DNA from: Priapulus caudatus
Taxonomy: Eukaryota
Assembly (NCBI RefSeq): GCF_000485595.1
Contig: NW_014577071.1
Coordinates: 716,758-761,411, forward strand
Reading direction: 5' to 3'
DNA: 44,654 nucleotides
Part shown: positions 43,215 to 44,654 of the stretch, one piece after another
Layout of the letters: each line of letters opens with the position of its first letter
How positions within the stretch are numbered: the stretch's first letter is position 1
The notes under the pieces: model-generated
Told to the model about the DNA's origin: nothing
Databases searched by the model: none
Seen by the model: the letters and a program-made list of their open reading frames with translations, nothing else
Translations under genes and position numbers: made by a program

Positions 43215-43316
43215 ACGCATACACGCACGTACGCACGCGTGACGACACGCAACGCACGCACGCCACCACGCACGCACGCACGCACGCACGCACGCATGCA
43301 CCCACCTCACAGCACA

Positions 43317-43352
<36 letters not shown>

Positions 43353-43354
43353 CG

Positions 43355-43417
<63 letters not shown>

Positions 43418-43480
43418 CACACACACACATAATATATATAATATATATAATATATAATATATAGAAGAGAGAAGAGAGAT

Positions 43481-43517
<37 letters not shown>

Positions 43518-43519
43518 AG

Positions 43520-43567
<48 letters not shown>

Positions 43568-43665
43568 TAAGAGAGGATAGAGAGATAGAGAGATAGAGAG
43601 AGAGAGAGAGTGTGTGTGTGTGTGAGAGAGAGACACACAGACAGACACACGCACGCATACACGCG
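43215..43665. repeat. Compound microsatellite: (CACG)n-(CA)n-(TA)n-(GA)n-(GT)n
   Basis: Directly visible. Confidence 0.9.
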
Positions 43666-44536
43666 CACATGAACATGCACCCGTTTATATGTAAATCGGG
43701 TGCTGCAGCGTGTCGGTTGCGTACATATAAAACAGTAGCTCTCTCTCTCAAAGCTCATTACGATTACAGACACGCGGCTGCACTCGCCATGCATGGCAGA
43801 TAACGCTATCATTGAAACCATGCTATTGTTGCTCGACTGTCATAATTAGGTTAAGCAAATGGCTATAAGCGTAATTGCGTAACGAGCGCACACGCGCAGT
43901 TTACATTTAAACGAATGATTTTCTATCGCGATTACACGAAATACATTGAATTGTTCGATAAATTAGGCAACGACAGTGTTTGTCAATCGGGCAGCTAACT
44001 AGCGATGCGTATCTTCTAATTAATACATCCGCCTTAATTCTCAGCGCGTAAGCGATGAGTGCACGCTAAGGGAAGCATTTGAGACGCGGTTCTCTCGCGA
44101 TTTCACCGGTGTGTCCTACAGAATGCGCGTGTCACCTTGTTATTTTTTCGTAGGTGCGGCTCGGCTTAGGTTTCAGTCGATCTGGCTTCGTTGCGATGCG
44201 CGTTTAGATTATCGTGGCTGCTAGATGAATTTGCGACTACATAGAATTATGACCTCATATCGCCTATAACTATTCGCTTGTTCTACATCGTATATAACCC
44301 CTTCTGATTGTTATTTATGCTATGCCTCATATATAACGTTTTAATAGTTCAGTCACCAGCTGTATCTGCGCGCCTGCATCGGGACTGTTCAGAGATATAT
44401 ATCGACATATTATAGAAACGATGATTATTCATACTTGATCACGTATACCCGCATGGTATGAGCCTGATTGCCAGCGCATAGCAGTCATTCCACCGGGGTT
44501 GAGCTAACTTGATTTATGAGAACTATACGTTATTCA

Positions 44537-44559
44537 ATATATATATATATATATATATA

Positions 44560-44615
<56 letters not shown>

Positions 44616-44654
44616 TGTGTGTGTGTGTTGTGTGTGTGCGGTTTTTTGTGTGTG
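44537..44654. repeat. (TA)n-(GT)n microsatellite running to the window edge
   Basis: Directly visible. Confidence 0.9.

Noticed and set aside
41021..44654. Search for upstream ATD or signal-peptide exons
   Set aside because: No convincing coding exon with a phase-1 donor found (IYDVEQ near 44290 lacks splice sites); these exons probably lie beyond the window.

Overview
Repeat-rich animal genomic DNA from a draft assembly with four N-gaps (7301-7310, 13288-13892, 18298-18307, 25310-25874). It is probably a lophotrochozoan invertebrate such as an annelid (inference only). The main feature is a minus-strand, multi-exon AMPA-type ionotropic glutamate receptor gene (GluA/GRIA-like). Twelve distinct coding exons (A-L) read by hand with GT-AG sites and consistent phases give about 750 aa: the C-terminal part of the ATD, S1, M1-M3 (SYTANLAAF), S2, M4 and a GluA4-like tail ending in the PDZ ligand HTQV*. 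The N-terminal exons appear to lie beyond the right edge. Exons E-F-G occur twice, with complementary indel damage and junctions in (TA)n tracts, and a ~6.4-6.5 kb intronic block is tandemly duplicated across a 10-N gap. Both duplications look like assembly or haplotype artefacts. The most interesting signals are: (1) the gene's own splice sites are repeatedly amplified into tandem arrays or local duplicates; (2) an intronic hAT MITE with a perfect 8-bp TSD closely resembles my recollection of mammalian Charlie4z; (3) several other MITE-like elements, one with a telomeric-repeat core and one TA-associated hairpin motif seen twice. Most entries in the supplied ORF track are microsatellite artefacts.
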